64,000 nt of DNA from Octopus vulgaris (GCA_951406725.2 OX597831.1:7316001-7380000), one strand, 5' to 3'; counted from the stretch's first letter, positions 13,207 to 27,716 are shown. Made by a program: numbers and translations. The notes: a model not told the origin generated them from the sequence alone.

Positions 13207-14036
13207 GAGTAGACAGTGACTACAACTAAATTTTGTGCTTTCAATTATTTTATTAACTCTCACCATTTTATAATTCCAATAAATTAATGGAACTATATTC
13301 ATGAACGTAACAATTAGGAATCTTCTGTAACACAACTTGCTTATTAATATTATGAAAGTAGTGCAGGAATTTAAATCAGTGCATATAATTGTGTGTTTCT
13401 ATAAGTCTTGGTGGTACTTTTGTTGAGTCTAACATAAGCATCTTCTTGAAGAAAAGTGAAAGTGTTTGGAGAGAACAATTCACTGAAATAAATCATGGAT
13501 TTTCCTAAATGGTTATGTGGCCCATTATGTGGCCCACTGTCCAGAGGTTGAATTTGCCAGTTTTTATAGCTGTAAGTCATCCTTCTAGAATCTTCAGCAA
13601 GACTGTTTGATGAGAAATTTACCCACTGCCCTTTCGCAGTGTCAGCCACAATTAATCATCCAGAGCTGGCTGGTTGAGCCATACTAATGTAGGGTGTTAA
13701 CACTTTTTATGGCAAGACTTTTCCTTTTAGGGAAACACATTAGGTCACGGTTCTGGATTGGGTAAATCTGGGAGCTTTGGTTCAAAATTTAGTTCGAACT
13801 ATACTAATTATTAGGAGAGAGAGTGAGAGATTTTGCCAATATTTTTCTTTGTTATCAAGGAGACTAGTTGTTTCTGTTCAACTCTAGGTCAACTCCTGAT
13901 TGAGTAAGCCTATAATCAAAGGCACTCCAGCCAGGAGCACCCTGCCTTTTCCTCACACACAGTTGACTCAATGAATTCCATCTGGCCTGTGCAAGTGTGG
14001 AAAAGTAGGCATTACAACAATAATGCCGCTGCTGCT

Positions 14037-14038
14037 GG

Positions 14039-14090
<52 letters not shown>

Positions 14091-14131
14091 GGTGGCGGTG
14101 GTGGTGGTGGCGGCGGTGGTGGTGGTGGTGG

Positions 14132-14213
<82 letters not shown>

Positions 14214-14276
14214 GGTGGTTGTGGTGGTGGTGGCGGCGGCGGCGGTGGTGGTGCTGGTGGTGATGATGATGACGAC
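14037..14276. repeat. Compound (GAT)n/(GGT)n microsatellite just upstream of exon 3
   Basis: Visible tracts. Confidence 0.95.
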
Positions 14277-14315
14277 TATTTCTTATACATTAAATTGTCT
14301 TTATATATTTTGTAG

Positions 14316-14414
14316 AAAGATGAAAATGACGAGGATCTCTTCTGGCAAAGTAAAGTAGACAAAATGGCTTTTGATGACAGCACATTTAATACAATGGAAC
14401 AAGAATTTCAAGCA
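14316..14414 (+). CDS. CFAP58: CFAP58 exon 3 (KDENDEDLFWQSKVDKMAFDDSTFNTMEQEFQA)
   Basis: tttgtag| and |gtaagc, 99 nt. FDDSTFNTMEQEFQA resembles human LEESAFEEMERDFQG. Confidence 0.85.
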
Positions 14415-15089
14415 GTAAGCAATAATTTTTGATTTATCAGATTTATTATTCTAAAAGACAAGTTGCTTCTGTTTAAAACAAACCAGTGGTGGTGGTCGTG
14501 GTGGAGGCTACAGCCAGCCTCATATAATAACAAACAACAACAACAACAACAATAATTGTGTACAGTGCTCAGGTGCACTACAACTCATCTAAAGTGTATA
14601 TATAATCAGGTGTAGTTTCGACGGATTTCGGGAAGCATGAGGGCCTTAAAGGATGCAGTGTCATGGCAGTCAACAACTGATGCAGGCAGTTTATTCCACA
14701 CTTCAGCAACCCTGAGCGTGAAAAAATGTTTCCGAAAGTCATGGGAGCTGTGCTGTTTTCTGACTTTGTAGGCATGTGGAAGTCTGTGGCCTACCCCCTG
14801 TCCAAAGACACTCCAATCAACTGGACCTAGACACAGAGTTATTAGAGTTGCAGCACTTTTTAAAGTTGGTGAATGATTTGGTAATTTCCAATGCGGAATG
14901 AAAATATTTCCAGAAGTGTACAGATGCCAACATGGCTGTGTGGGTAAGAAGTTTGCCTCCCAACCATGTGGTCTTGGGTTCAGTCCCACTGCATGGCATC
15001 TTGGGCAAGTGTCTTCTATTTATAACCTTGTCTGGATTTGGTAGATGGAAACTGAAAGAAGCCTGTCATTTTATATATATATACGTATA

Positions 15090-15995
15090 CGAGGGGGTAC
15101 CCAATAGTAACTGGAAACGTTCTTTGTGAGACAAACCCATTGTAGTTCAGGCTTCTGTCCCTAGAAGCCGCTTGGTGTGACCCTCAGCCATCAGTCTGCC
15201 AACTGGCGTTGTCGATTGAGGGTTGTACTGCCACGTGGTACGACTTTGTTTTGCAGTGCTTCTCACCTGTTCATCGATTTTTGCAATGGCTGAAATGAAG
15301 GAAGCATGCTTCCATGAATTTTTTTTCCTGCTCAGGAAAACAGCAGACAAAACAGTTATCATGCTTCAAAACAACTTACAAGGATGTTGCCATGAGCAAA
15401 ACACAAGTTTCCAAGTGGTTTTTATGCTGTGAGAATGGTCATTTGTTGCTAGAAGACCAATCTCGTTCAGGGCAACCGTCAACCTCCCAAACAAATGAAA
15501 GCATCACGAAAATTCATGAACTGATCTTGGAGGACCATTACTGAACAATTGATGAACTTGATCTGATTGGCGTGTCCTGGAGATCCTTCCAACAAAGTGT
15601 GAGCGAGGAATTGCAAATGAGAAGAGTTGCGGCAAAATGTGTGCCTTAATTGCTCATGGAAGCTCAAAAGCAGTCACAACTGAATGCTTGTCATGAACTG
15701 AAAGAACAGTTGGAAGTTGATCCACCAGATCTGTTTTTGAAGGTCATCACTGGTGACAAAAGCTGGTGCTACAGAATTTGCAGATGTGAAAGAGAAGAAA
15801 AAAAAACGATGGAGGCGTTAAAAGGCATCACTTCGCAAGAGTTCCAGGACTGCTTCAAACAGTGGCAAATGCATCTGGACCAATGTTTTGCTTCAAATGG
15901 AGAATATTTTGAAGGCAATAAAAGTGTAAACATGTAAAACTAAGTGAATAAAATAGCATTGCAATATTCCAGTTTCTTTTTTTGGTAACCCCTTG
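15090..15995 (+). mobile_element. Mariner transposon, internally deleted
   Basis: TA + CGAGGGGGTACCCAA... TIR and ...TTGGTAACCCCTTG. Remnants of HTH (MSKTQVSKWF...LEDQSRSGQPSTS) and VITGDKSWCY. Confidence 0.85.
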
Positions 15996-16148
15996 TGTAT
16001 ATATATATATATAAATATCGTGTACATTAAGAGGCTTCCAAATAGGAAAGCCTTGTGCTAGAAAGAGCAGTAGAAAACTCAAACCACTAATTATGGATAA
16101 ATTCTTGAAAGGATTGAAAATTAAAAACGTTTACCATCTAATTTAGTT

Positions 16149-16215
16149 CCTAGACCATGGTTTCTAACTCATTCCAGTAAAAAAATATTTACTGAGGCTA
16201 GTTTTCATCAGTAGG
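16149..16215 (-). ncRNA. Minimal type I hammerhead ribozyme (C3-G8)
   Basis: Minus strand: CCTA-CTGATGA-stem II (AACT/AGTT, inner CAGTAAA/TTTACTG)-GAAAC-CATG-GTC-TAGG. Stem III is the palindrome ACCATGGT; cleavage triplet GUC. Confidence 0.75.
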
Positions 16216-16434
16216 GAGCCTTTAGATTTCGAATATACACACAACTAGATTCGCATGTAAACTAGTTGCTTGTATATCCTAATTTTTCAAAGCCACTGCG
16301 CAGATGCAGTTTATTTCCGGCGACAGAGAGGATGCCGGTAAAATTTTGAACAAATTTATCAAAAAATATTTAAACATAATAAATAATATTAGGGTAATAA
16401 GAATTACAGAAATTATTATTACCAGTGGCCTAGC

Positions 16435-16487
<53 letters not shown>

Positions 16488-17442
16488 GGAATTGTAGCAG
16501 AGTACAAAATAAAGCTCGTTCACCCTTAGAATTACAAAAAAGCTGGTAGTATTACAATATACTACCAAGCCTAGATTTTGGCATTTGTCGTGTGTGAAAA
16601 TAAAATTGAATAAAACAGAGCCAACAAGAAGGAGCACAGTTGGGCAGTTATTTTTTAGTCACTACACATGTTTCCATGAAATTCATACCAGTCATAGCAG
16701 GCATGTAGAAGCACATTAACAGCAAGCGGAATGAACCTGCCAGCATCTGCTAAATTCAAACAAGGCAGGTGGATGTGATAGCTTTGAAGTTGAAGGTTTT
16801 TTAACTAATGGGGACAGCAACTGAATATCACCTGAAGAAATACAATGGATCCCATTGTGTGTGTGTGCGTGTGTGTGTGTCTCTGTGTCTGTGTTTGTCC
16901 CACACCATTGCTTGACAACCGATGTTGGTGTGTTTATGTTCCTGTAATGTAGTAGTTCAGCAAGAGACCAATAGAATAAATTCCTGGCTTAGAAGGAAAA
17001 AAAAAGTGTCCTAGGATCAATTCATTTGACTAAAAATTCTTCCAGGTAGTGCTCCGGCATGGCCACAGTCTAATGACTGAAGCAAGTAAAAGATAACAGA
17101 TTAAAAAAAGTGCAACACACAACTCTGAACACATTTCAGCCTTATTAGACTTCGTCAAGGGAACAATGATTTCTTTGTATTTGTTGAAGTGGTGGTGAGA
17201 GAATCATTAAGCAGATGCCCAGTATTGTTTAATGAAGTCCACTTGGCATTGGCAGCAAGGTGGTCTCTTGACTCTGGGTTCTGCTACACTTGTACAGCAG
17301 ACAAAATGCAAACAATTCCGTAACTAAAGTATAATCAAGAAGGAAATAATTTCATATTTCTAAGTCAATAACTATGAGATTTTGTATTACAAGAAGTGAG
17401 GCAACTGGTTGTGCTGTTTATTGCTTGAGAATAATAATAATG

Positions 17443-17482
<40 letters not shown>

Positions 17483-17854
17483 GTACCAGTTATGCACTGG
17501 GGTCGATATAATCGACTTAATCTCTTTGTCTGTCCTTAATCCGTTTGACCCAGTTTAACACTAACATCTGGTCCTTGGGCACCTTTAGCAACGTCCCCTC
17601 TGTTACATGTATTTGAACCAGGCTTTCAGTCTAAAGATAACATTATTCCCCTCTTTAGGAGGCCTGGCAAAGGGCCAAGGGTGCAGATTTCTTTATTTCA
17701 TTTAACAGCTTGCGGACAAAAAAGGTCATGCTGCCGCAAAATAGATATATGTCTGGGGTAACATAATCCTTTCTATTATAGGCACAAGGCCTGAAATTTT
17801 TTTGGGGGGGTTAAGTCGATTACATCAGCCCCAGGACTCAACTGGTACTTAATT

Positions 17855-18163
<309 letters not shown>

Positions 18164-18361
18164 TCCAACAAAACTCTTGATAAATTCAGAGGCGAATATG
18201 ATAAATTACATCAAGCCTTGAAGAAATCTCATGAAAACGAGAAAAGGTTAATGTTGAAATGTCGGGAGTTAAATGCTGAGATGATAGCTCAAGGGGCCAA
18301 AGTATCCCATCTGATGATTTTGTCCGAAGAAGACCAAACAAACATTGCTTCCCTTAAGAAG
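18164..18361 (+). CDS. CFAP58: CFAP58 exon 4, 5'-truncated (SNKTLDKFRGEYDKLHQALKKSHENEKRLMLKCRELNAE...IASLKK)
   Basis: Strong match to human GDKSLEKFRIEYERLHAVMKKSYDNEKRLMAKCRELNAE. Donor |gtaacc is present. There is no acceptor: the exon abuts (AAT)n with an in-frame TAA at 18161. Confidence 0.9.
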
Positions 18362-19375
18362 GTAACCCATTTTGCATTTCAAATTTTATTTGTTAATTTA
18401 ACTTACCCCTCTCTCCATGCCACATTTGGGGCAGCCAAATTTTTTTTTTGCGGGGGAAAGAATTTGGAAGACAAAATTCTATCAAAGCCTGTAGGATATA
18501 TATATTCCATTCTTTTATGTTTCAGCCATGTGGCTGCTGCCATACTGGAGCACCACCATGGATGTGTATGCCTATATATGAATATACAAACACATATTTA
18601 TACATGGTGGCTGCCCCCTCGCTATCAAGTATGGCCATTGCACGAAGCTTAATCAATGTTGTTATCATGCAATGCCTGTGCAAGAAGATTTTTTTTTTGA
18701 AGTGAGGAAAGGCTGTGCACTGAGTCAATCCCACTCACTAAGCAACAGCAGCCATAATCCGAAAAGAAGAACAAGTCAACATCATCGGTAACCACTGAGC
18801 CGCAAGTTTTATGTCGGAGTTATCCCAGTTACCTGAGTTACCTTCTCCTAGAAGGATGCCCTAACAAAGGCTAGGAGTCCTTCACTCCCAATGGGTTAAC
18901 CGCGCGATCGGGTATTCAGTCCAATTATTTCTATGTCCCCGCGCATGATACAGCCTTAAGCCTTAAGAAAAAATTACACATTTATTGGATGGCTGTTGAC
19001 TCTCAAGAGTTCCTCTGCCTGTCCTTTGGCGGGTTTTGTTTTTCATCCCACAAGGTGTCCAATAAACACCCTCCTTACCAAGCAAGCTTGGTGGGGTTGC
19101 CGGTTTAGTCGCCGACGACCCGACCATGTAACAGGTTGTACTGGGTTACATGTTACCAATAGCACTCGAAAGTGACCTAACACATACATACATACATACA
19201 TACATACATACATACATACATACATACATACATACATACATACATACATACATACATACATACATACATACATACATACATACATACATACATACATACA
19301 TACATACATACATACATACATACATTCATACATATATAAAAACTATATATTATATATATATATTATACACACACA

Positions 19376-19414
<39 letters not shown>

Positions 19415-19722
19415 GTATGTATATATAAACATATATATGACTGAATAAGACCACTTCCTAAACTCAGTAAACGTTCTGAGAGTCCAAGAATTTCTTGTGC
19501 ACGAATTTATTTTGGGTGGATAAAGTATTGCACAACACTGAACCCTCTTTTCAGAGCTGATCAGCCCTAAAAACCCTGAGGTACAACAGAGCTTGAGACA
19601 ACCAGAAACTACCTGCAAATCAGGCTTTTTGTGGTATGAGTTTATCTTCTCCTAGAAGGAATTTCTAACGAGAATTAGGGGTCGTTCACTGGTAATGATT
19701 CACAAACTAGTTAACCCAAAGC

Positions 19723-19831
19723 TAGGGCCCCCTAACAGGTGTTACTACTCTGGGTCCGAGAAGACCTGAGAACAACAGTGATGAAGAGATGGTTCTATGC
19801 TCCTCAAAACCCTGGAACTCCCATAGCAGGG

Positions 19832-19925
<94 letters not shown>

Positions 19926-20143
19926 ACACACAACTCATTGTAAAATGTAGGGCCCCCTAACAGGTGTTACTACTCTGGGTCCGAGAAGACCTGGGAACAA
20001 CAGTGATGAAGAGATGGTTCTATGCTCCTCAAACCCTGGAACTCCCATACCAGGGCTGCACACGCATACACACACACACACACACAATCACACACACACA
20101 CAATCACAGACACACACACACACACACAGCTCATTGTAAGATG
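19723..20143. repeat. Tandem duplication (~225 + ~196 bp), each unit containing (CA)n
   Basis: TAGGGCCCCCTAACAGG... begins at 19723 and again at 19948. Confidence 0.9.
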
Positions 20144-20172
20144 TGTGTGTACATTCAATGGTTATGTTGTAG

Positions 20173-20321
20173 GAAGTGGAAAAGGCATGGAAACTCGTCG
20201 ATCAAAACCAAGAGAAGGAACTCACCTACAAAGAAACCATTGATGGCCTGAAGAACGAGATTGAGAATATATCTTCGACATTAGATCGAGGATCTGCATT
20301 GGACGTTAACGAAGAACAAAA
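20173..20321 (+). CDS. CFAP58: CFAP58 exon 5 (EVEKAWKLVDQNQEKE...VNEEQ)
   Basis: ttgtag| and |gtaagt, phase 0-2. Matches human EIEKAWKMVDSAYDKE. Confidence 0.93.
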
Positions 20322-21247
20322 GTAAGTCAAAGCAGCGTTTCATAATTGTTAACATGTCGTATCATAACTCCAGGTGAGGGTTTACAAACTTTATGAAGAT
20401 TTCTTTTCTGTTAAATGAAATAAAGAAAGCTGCACCCTTGGCCCTTTCTTTTTTTCACATTTTAGATTAAGGAAACGATGAAATAAAGGATGAAAGGCAA
20501 AGTCGACCTCGGCGGAATTTGAACTCAGAACGTAGCGATGGGCGAAATACCTATTTCTTTACTACCCACAAGGGGCTAAACACAGAGAGGACAAACAAGG
20601 GCAGACAAACGGATTAAGTCGATTACATCGACCCCAGTGCGTAACTGGTACTTATTTAATCGACCCCGAAAGGATGAAAGGCAAAGTCGACCTCGGCGGA
20701 ATTTGAACTCACAACGTAATGACAGACGAAATACCGCCACGCATTTCGCCCAGCATGCTAACGTTTCTGCCAGTTCGCCGCCTATACCTCTAAGCATTTC
20801 GTCCAGCACACTAACGATTCTGCCTGCTCGCCACCCTATTTTTTTTTTTCTAGCACCGAGAGCACTATAACGATCACAATGCACGATATCGTAGATGATG
20901 CCACAAAACATTATGAGCATGCTTTCTCTCTGCACATAGTTTAAGGAAACGATGAAATAAAGGACTGGAGAAATAAAGAATGGGGGAAATAATGTTATCT
21001 TTAGAGTGAAAGCCTGGTTCAAATACATGTAACAGAGGGGACGTTGCTTAAGGTGCCCAAGGACCAGATGTTAGGGTTAAACTGGGTCAGCCCTAACTAA
21101 GCAAAAGACATTCCCGTCATGACCAACACACCTTTTTATTTATCTAGAAATACATTATCCAAAGTGTTCATTAAGTCAGTATAGTGTCATTTGAGGGAGT
21201 TTTGGCTACTGTTTATAGCAGGTTGAATGACCATGTGGAGACTCTCC

Positions 21248-21633
21248 GTGGAGGTGCAATGGCCCAGTGGTTATGGCAGCGGACTCGCGGTCATAGGATC
21301 GCGGTTTCGATTCCCAGACCGGGCGTTGTGAGTGTTTATTGAGCGAAAACACCTAAAGCTCCACGAGGCTCCGGCAGGGGATGGTGGTGATACATGCTGT
21401 ACTCTTTCACCACAACTTTCTCTCACTCTTACTTCCTGTTTCTGTTGTACCTGTATTTCAAGGGGCTGGCCTTGTCACTCTCTGTGTCATGCTGAATATC
21501 TCCGAGAACTACGTTAAGGGTACACGTGTCTGTGGAGTGCTCAGCCACTTACACGTTAATTTCACGAGCAAGCTGTTCCGTTGATTCGGATCAACCGGAA
21601 CCCTCATTGTCGTAACCGACGGAGTGCTTCCCA
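21248..21633 (+). mobile_element. tRNA-Arg-like SINE (tail type B)
   Basis: Same head as type A with a different 3' half; TSD TGGAGACTCTCC at 21236-21247 and 21634-21645. Confidence 0.9.
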
Positions 21634-21869
21634 TGGAGACTCTCCAATTTCGTGGTCTGTCAGTTATGTTATACACAGGTATGGCTTTGGGATTAAGAAA
21701 TTTACCCTGAAACTGCATGGTTCCAGGTTTGATCCCACTGTACAGCACACCAAGAGTAAGAACTCTGAAACTATACAGTTGGGTTGATCAGTATTATCAA
21801 GTTGGGAGTGAAATTTGGTTGATGGAAACTGTGAAGAAGCCTACATGTATGTATGCTTGTATCAAAGCA

Positions 21870-22275
21870 TATTGGGTGCTATCAGAAGGTCCCTGGACTC
21901 TTTATGTTTAATAAAAAACAACTTATTTACCAAAGTTTTAACATCATCTCCATCGAAATAGTCACCTTGCACAGCAATACATCAATCCCAGCATTCTTAC
22001 CACTTTTGGAATCAAACCTTCAGTGATTTGCTCTTGATCTCAACAGTGGCATTAAAACAGTGACCTTTGAGCTGCATTTTCATCTTGGGGAAAAGATGGA
22101 AGTCTGCAGGTGCTAAATCTAGTAAATGGGGCAGGTGTGGAAGCAAAACCATGTTGCTTTTGGCAAGAAAGTCATGGGTGAGGAGATCTTGGTGACAGGG
22201 TGCATTGTTGTCAGGAAGAATCCAGTTCTTCATGCTCCACAGATTCGGTTGCTTTCGGTGAATGTCCTTCTTCAA
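21870..22275 (-). mobile_element. Mariner transposase C-terminal fragment
   Basis: WILPDNNAPCH...LPHLPHLLDLAPADFHLFPKMK, a degenerate HDNAPxH / YSPDLAPxDF. Confidence 0.85.
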
Positions 22276-22591
22276 TCACTGTCTTGTGATTTGATTTGGT
22301 AGGTGGAAACTGAAAGAAGCCCATCATACATGTGTGTGTGTGTGTGTTGAGTGAGCATATGTTTGCGTCTCCTTGTCTTGACATCATGTGGTCGTTGTAG
22401 AATGATTGTCCCTGTCATACAAGCAGTGTCATTTATTTCCAATATGCTGAAAGAATATGTCTGGCCATGGGGAGATATTACCTTGCTTGGAAACAGGTGA
22501 GGGTTGGTGACTGGAAGGGCATCCAGCTGTAGAAAATCTGCCTCAAGAAATTCTGTCTGACCCATGCAAGCATAGAAGAATGAACATTAAA

Positions 22592-22652
<61 letters not shown>

Positions 22653-24688
22653 GGAGGAGGAGGAGGAGGAGGAGGAGGAGGAGGAGGATAGCATTGTATT
22701 ACTCTTCAGCAGTATAGGTTTTGGCATGAAGTTACTTGAGTTATGTAACTTTGAACTGACATCAATTTTTCTGGCGCCTCTTTTTTTTCCCCTCTATATC
22801 TTGTATGTCCATGTTATAAGAGTGTTGTGTGCCTGAAGGGTGTTTTAGTAAAAAGGATTGTTGTTCTGTGTAGTTTGTAGTCTGATGTCTGAGACCAAGG
22901 ACAATGCTTGGTGCCAATACTATTCAAGTTCAGTTATGCCAAAATTCCTGGTTAGACCTAGAAAACATTGACTTTGAGAATGTTTTGTAATATTTTAACT
23001 GAAAATTCAACACTAGAGCGTTTAGCTACATTTCTTACAATCAGGTGTAAGAAATGGTTTAATTGTAAAGGAATTAGAAGAAATTATTCCCTGATTGTTG
23101 TTTAGCGGCAACTGAATGGAAAAATTCAGTGAAAATATTTTTCTTTTATACCTTATGATTAAAGCAAGAAATTAAATTTGGACTTGGTTGAATAAGAAAA
23201 ATTACTAAAATTAAAAATTTGAAATATTATTTTTGATTTCTCAGTAATTAAATCAAATCTTTTGCTATACATGTTGTAATTAAATTGAAAGAAACTTTGA
23301 AAAATACCAAGTTTTAATTTAATTTTTGAAGCTGAACATGAAATTCTTTATGTTAAACAAAAACTCTGAAGACATTGAATAATCATGTTGAGAAAACATA
23401 TTTTGAATTGTTACCAACTGGTAACAATTTAAGGAAAGAAAAATCCTCCTTCTCCTCCTTGTTCAATGTCCTCCTTCCATGTTGGCAAGGGTTGGACAGT
23501 TTGACAAGAAATGGTCAGGTGGGAGCCTGTGCCATAAATAAGGAAAGTAAAATGGTAGAATGCCTTCCACGACTACAGGAGATGTGAGTTTAAGACCCAT
23601 GGCCAGCCTTTGGCTTATTCTATCCAAAGAGATTTTCAACCCCAAATTTATATTCTATTATAGCGTTATATGATGTGCTTTGAGAGCCAATGTTCCAAAA
23701 AACGAATTACTTCATGTTCTTTCAAAAGTTTATTAATTCTTATAACTTTAAGGAAAATTAATCTCATATAAAGTAATAATTGTTTTTGTTTTTTTTTTAC
23801 ATATTTCAAGCCATAAATTTATAAGAAGCAAAGTTAATACATTGACTCCTAGTATATTACTGGTATTTATTTTAATAATCCAAAGGAGATGAAAAACTGT
23901 CAACTCTTGTTGGATTTGAACCCATAATGATAAGGTAACTAAACAATACAAGGTCCTTTGTCAACCCTTAAATTTATCCTTTTCATATTTTATAAAACAA
24001 TAACCCCTTATCATAAGCACAAAGCTATAAATTATAGGGGGGTGGAGATGGTGGTGGTGGTGGTGGTGGTGGGGCTATAGTCAGTTATGTAAACCACAGT
24101 AAATGACTGGTATTTTATTTTGTCAGTCCCAGGAGGGTGAATGACAGAGATAACCTCAGTGAGATTTGAACTCAAGACATCAAAAGATGCAACTAAATAC
24201 TACAGGACATGTTCGTTGTGCTCCTAAATAATAACATTCTGTAAATATTAAACAAATTTGTTTTGAATTATATAAATAAAAAAAGAAAGAGTAAAACTGG
24301 TTTTATATCTTCTTTCTAATCGGTGAGTTGTTTTGTGTCTGCTTTGTATTCAAAAATCTATGAAAGGAACATCGACAAAAGGGCATCGGTGGTTCTTAGT
24401 TACCGTCTCACGGGGAATAACATTAATTTTGATGAAATAGCAGTTAAATCTCTGTCAAACCACACTCTGGTGGGTGGGTGGGGGGAGGAGAAAAGGGAGT
24501 TGAAATGGAGTAATATTAGTAAAAATGAAAAAACACAGGGAGTTTGGGAAAAAAAGTCGTGAAAGAATGAAGAGAAAATCAGAAGATTGCAAAACAGCAT
24601 TACGAGGAGTCCAAGAAAGATTGGGCCTTGAATATGTCAAACTCTTTGTTGTTTTTTTATCCATTCTCTTTTTCATCTTTTGATTTCT

Positions 24689-24805
<117 letters not shown>

Positions 24806-25280
24806 AGATAAGAAAATGGAGAAATACATCTAAATCAAATATCAATTACCAGATAATAGTCAATCACATACTTTATTAAACCACCACATAAGAGACTGTA
24901 GGGTTAAATATAAAAAGCAGAACAAATCAGTGTGCATAAAGGAATGTATATAAATAACTGTACATAAAAGAGTAATGTTGTATAATAAGTAGAATATATA
25001 TAAAAGAGAATATAAATACAAGTAAATATAAATATAAGTATAAATTAGATCTTACAGTTGTTTCGATATATATATATATATATATAACATATATATATAT
25101 ATATAGTACAAAGTAAGATAGGGGTTATGAATGTAACCCACTATGGGATATCAGTTATTCAATATACTGCTGGTGAAGCACCCAAATACTAAATACATAA
25201 ATGTTTTTAATTGCAATGCAATAAATTCATTTATTGTATTAAATGGGTGAAGGTAAAGAAATATTTTTACCGTAAATTTT

Positions 25281-25483
25281 TAATACAAATAAGAAAATGG
25301 AGAAACAGATTCATCTCATTCATCAAGTTACGGATATTACAATTTTAAATTACTTATTAATTATACAAATGGGAACATCAAAATCAAACTCCCATTTGTA
25401 TAATTAATAAATAATTTAAAATTGTAATATCCGTAACTTGATGAATGAGATGAATCTGTTTCTCCATTTTCTTATTTGTATTA
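25281..25483. repeat. Near-perfect fold-back palindrome (94-bp arms, 15-nt loop)
   Basis: Arms 25281-25374 and 25390-25483; one mismatch seen. Confidence 0.95.
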
Positions 25484-25590
<107 letters not shown>

Positions 25591-26099
25591 CGTCTATCTC
25601 TGTAGTAGTAGAATACAGAAAAAGAGAAAGAGAGACATAGAGAGATAGTTAGGTAGATACAGGGAGAGAGATCAGACATTGAACAGGCATTAATGGTTAA
25701 GTGTGAGTTGCCAAAGTGACTTGTTGAGATGAAGGCAGCTGAAGAAATCTTCTGAGAGACAAGCTATGATATTTAATGAGTGTAGGCGTATTTAGTTCCA
25801 GTGCCAACAAGTACTGTCGCCCTAACAGGTTCAATGTCTAGTCAGCTGTGCCAAAGTCCCGACCTCCAAATAGCTGCATCCAATCATTCCATTCTGATTC
25901 CAGAAAGTAATAAGAAGTGGCAGAGTTCAATTATTCCAATGAGAACAAAAACAAAACAAAAAAATTTAGATTTCTCCAGAGAAACTAAAGAAACATTCAT
26001 TAATTATACAGTGTTCCCACTGCTTCTTTACCTGCACATAATATCTACAGCTGAACACTACCAGAACTAGAGAAGAAATTTCAGGTGTGGAAGCAAGGT

Positions 26100-27035
26100 C
26101 CAGAACCAAATGGCCTTAGGGTTAATTTAGCAAATCCCTTCGGGGAGATAGCCCTGCTCGATATATAGAAAAGGGGTTGGTAGAAATTTCATAAGGTGTA
26201 CCCCGTGCAAGCTATGGACACATAAGAGTTGCAACAGTATCAGAGGAAGGTTAACAGAGAAAGCAGCGTTTGTGTGCGGCTGATGTGAAGGTACATTAAC
26301 ACCAGGAAAGTACAAAAATTAAACTTTGTCAAATACCTAGGAGGATACTTAAAAGTAGTAGACAGCTTCTGTTACCTAGGTAAACAAGTTAGCAGTGGAG
26401 AAGGGAGCTATGAAAGCATAGTTGCTAGAATAAAAACAGACTGAGGCTGGACTAAGTTCAGAGAGCTTCTACCTTTGTTGGTAACAAAGAACCTCTCCCT
26501 CAGTGTGAAAAGCAGATTGTATGATGCCTATGCGCAAACAGCCATGCTACATGGCAGTGAAACATGGGCTGTGAATGCAGAGGACATGCGAATGCTTGAA
26601 AGAAATGAAGCTAGAATGCTCTGCTGGATGTGCAGTTGTCAGTGTGCATGTACGACAGAGAGTAAGTGTCTTGAGAGAAAAATTGGGTATAAGAGGCATC
26701 AAATGTAATGTTCAAGAGAGAGAGAGAGAGCTGTGCTAGTTTGGTTGTGTATGGATGAGGACAGCTGTGTAAAAAAGTGCTGATCACTAACTGTGGAGGG
26801 GATGTTTGGAAGGGGTAAATCCAGGAAGACAGGGGATGAGGTGGTGAAATATGGTCTTCAGATGTTGAAGCCTCATGGAGGCAATGACAAGTGAGTGAGA
26901 CTTGAGGTAATTTGCTGTGCTTGAGAAGACATGTCAAGCTAAGTGAATCATGGCCATTGCCAGTTCTGGTCTCCGGCTTGCTAATCCCAGTCAAGCTGGT
27001 TAATCCATGCCAGCATGGAAAACAGACAATAAATG
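26100..27035 (+). mobile_element. RTE LINE 3' fragment
   Basis: DSFCYLG and AMLHGSETWAV...MLERNEARMLCWMC, plus an RTE-type 3' tail. Confidence 0.85.
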
Positions 27036-27094
27036 GTAGTGGTGGTGGTGGTGGCAGCGGCGGTGGCAGCGGCGGTGGCAGCGGCGGTGGCAGT

Positions 27095-27248
27095 GAAGAA
27101 GAAGAAGAAGAAGAAGAAGAAGAAGAAGAAGAAGAAGAAGAAGAAGAAGAAGAAGAAGAAGAAGAAGAAGAAGAAGAAGAAGAAGAAGAAGAAGAAGAAG
27201 AAGAAGAAGAAGAAGAAGAAGAAGAAGAAGAAGAAGAAGAAGAAGAAG
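27095..27248. repeat. (GAA)n microsatellite
   Basis: About 50 pure GAA units. Confidence 0.97.
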
Positions 27249-27716
27249 AGGGGAGGAGGAGGAGGATTGATCAGCAAGTGTTCAGTATCTTATTCATGAG
27301 CCCAGCAAAGGTGTAAGTGTTGCTTGGCTCCTTGGTCAGCCATGATAAAACAGATCTTTGACCAAAGAGTTCCAGTTGTGTCCATCCCACGTTATTGTGT
27401 GTTGGGGGCTACAATGACCGATATTTCTTCTTCTTCATTATTATTATTATTATTATTTAAAATGAAAGGATTTGAGGGAAATTAGACTGCTATTTCTATT
27501 AAGTTGACACCTGCATAGAGGCTCCCCCATTGACTCAACACAGAGTCAATAGTGGAACCAACACTGTGTTAGAATGTGTGAATTGTAAGTCTTTTGGTAA
27601 GGAATCCAACACCCCTACCCCATGCCTGTTCCCTTCTGCTTCCTTAAACAAGTAAATAAATGCTAAAGCTATCAATCACTAATTTCTTCATCTGATTCCT
27701 TTTTTTTTTTTTTTAG

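Noticed and set aside
26912-27316. Gly/poly-Glu ORF, and the many [16 protein letters not shown] ORFs
   Set aside because: These are translations of microsatellites with no splice or homology support.
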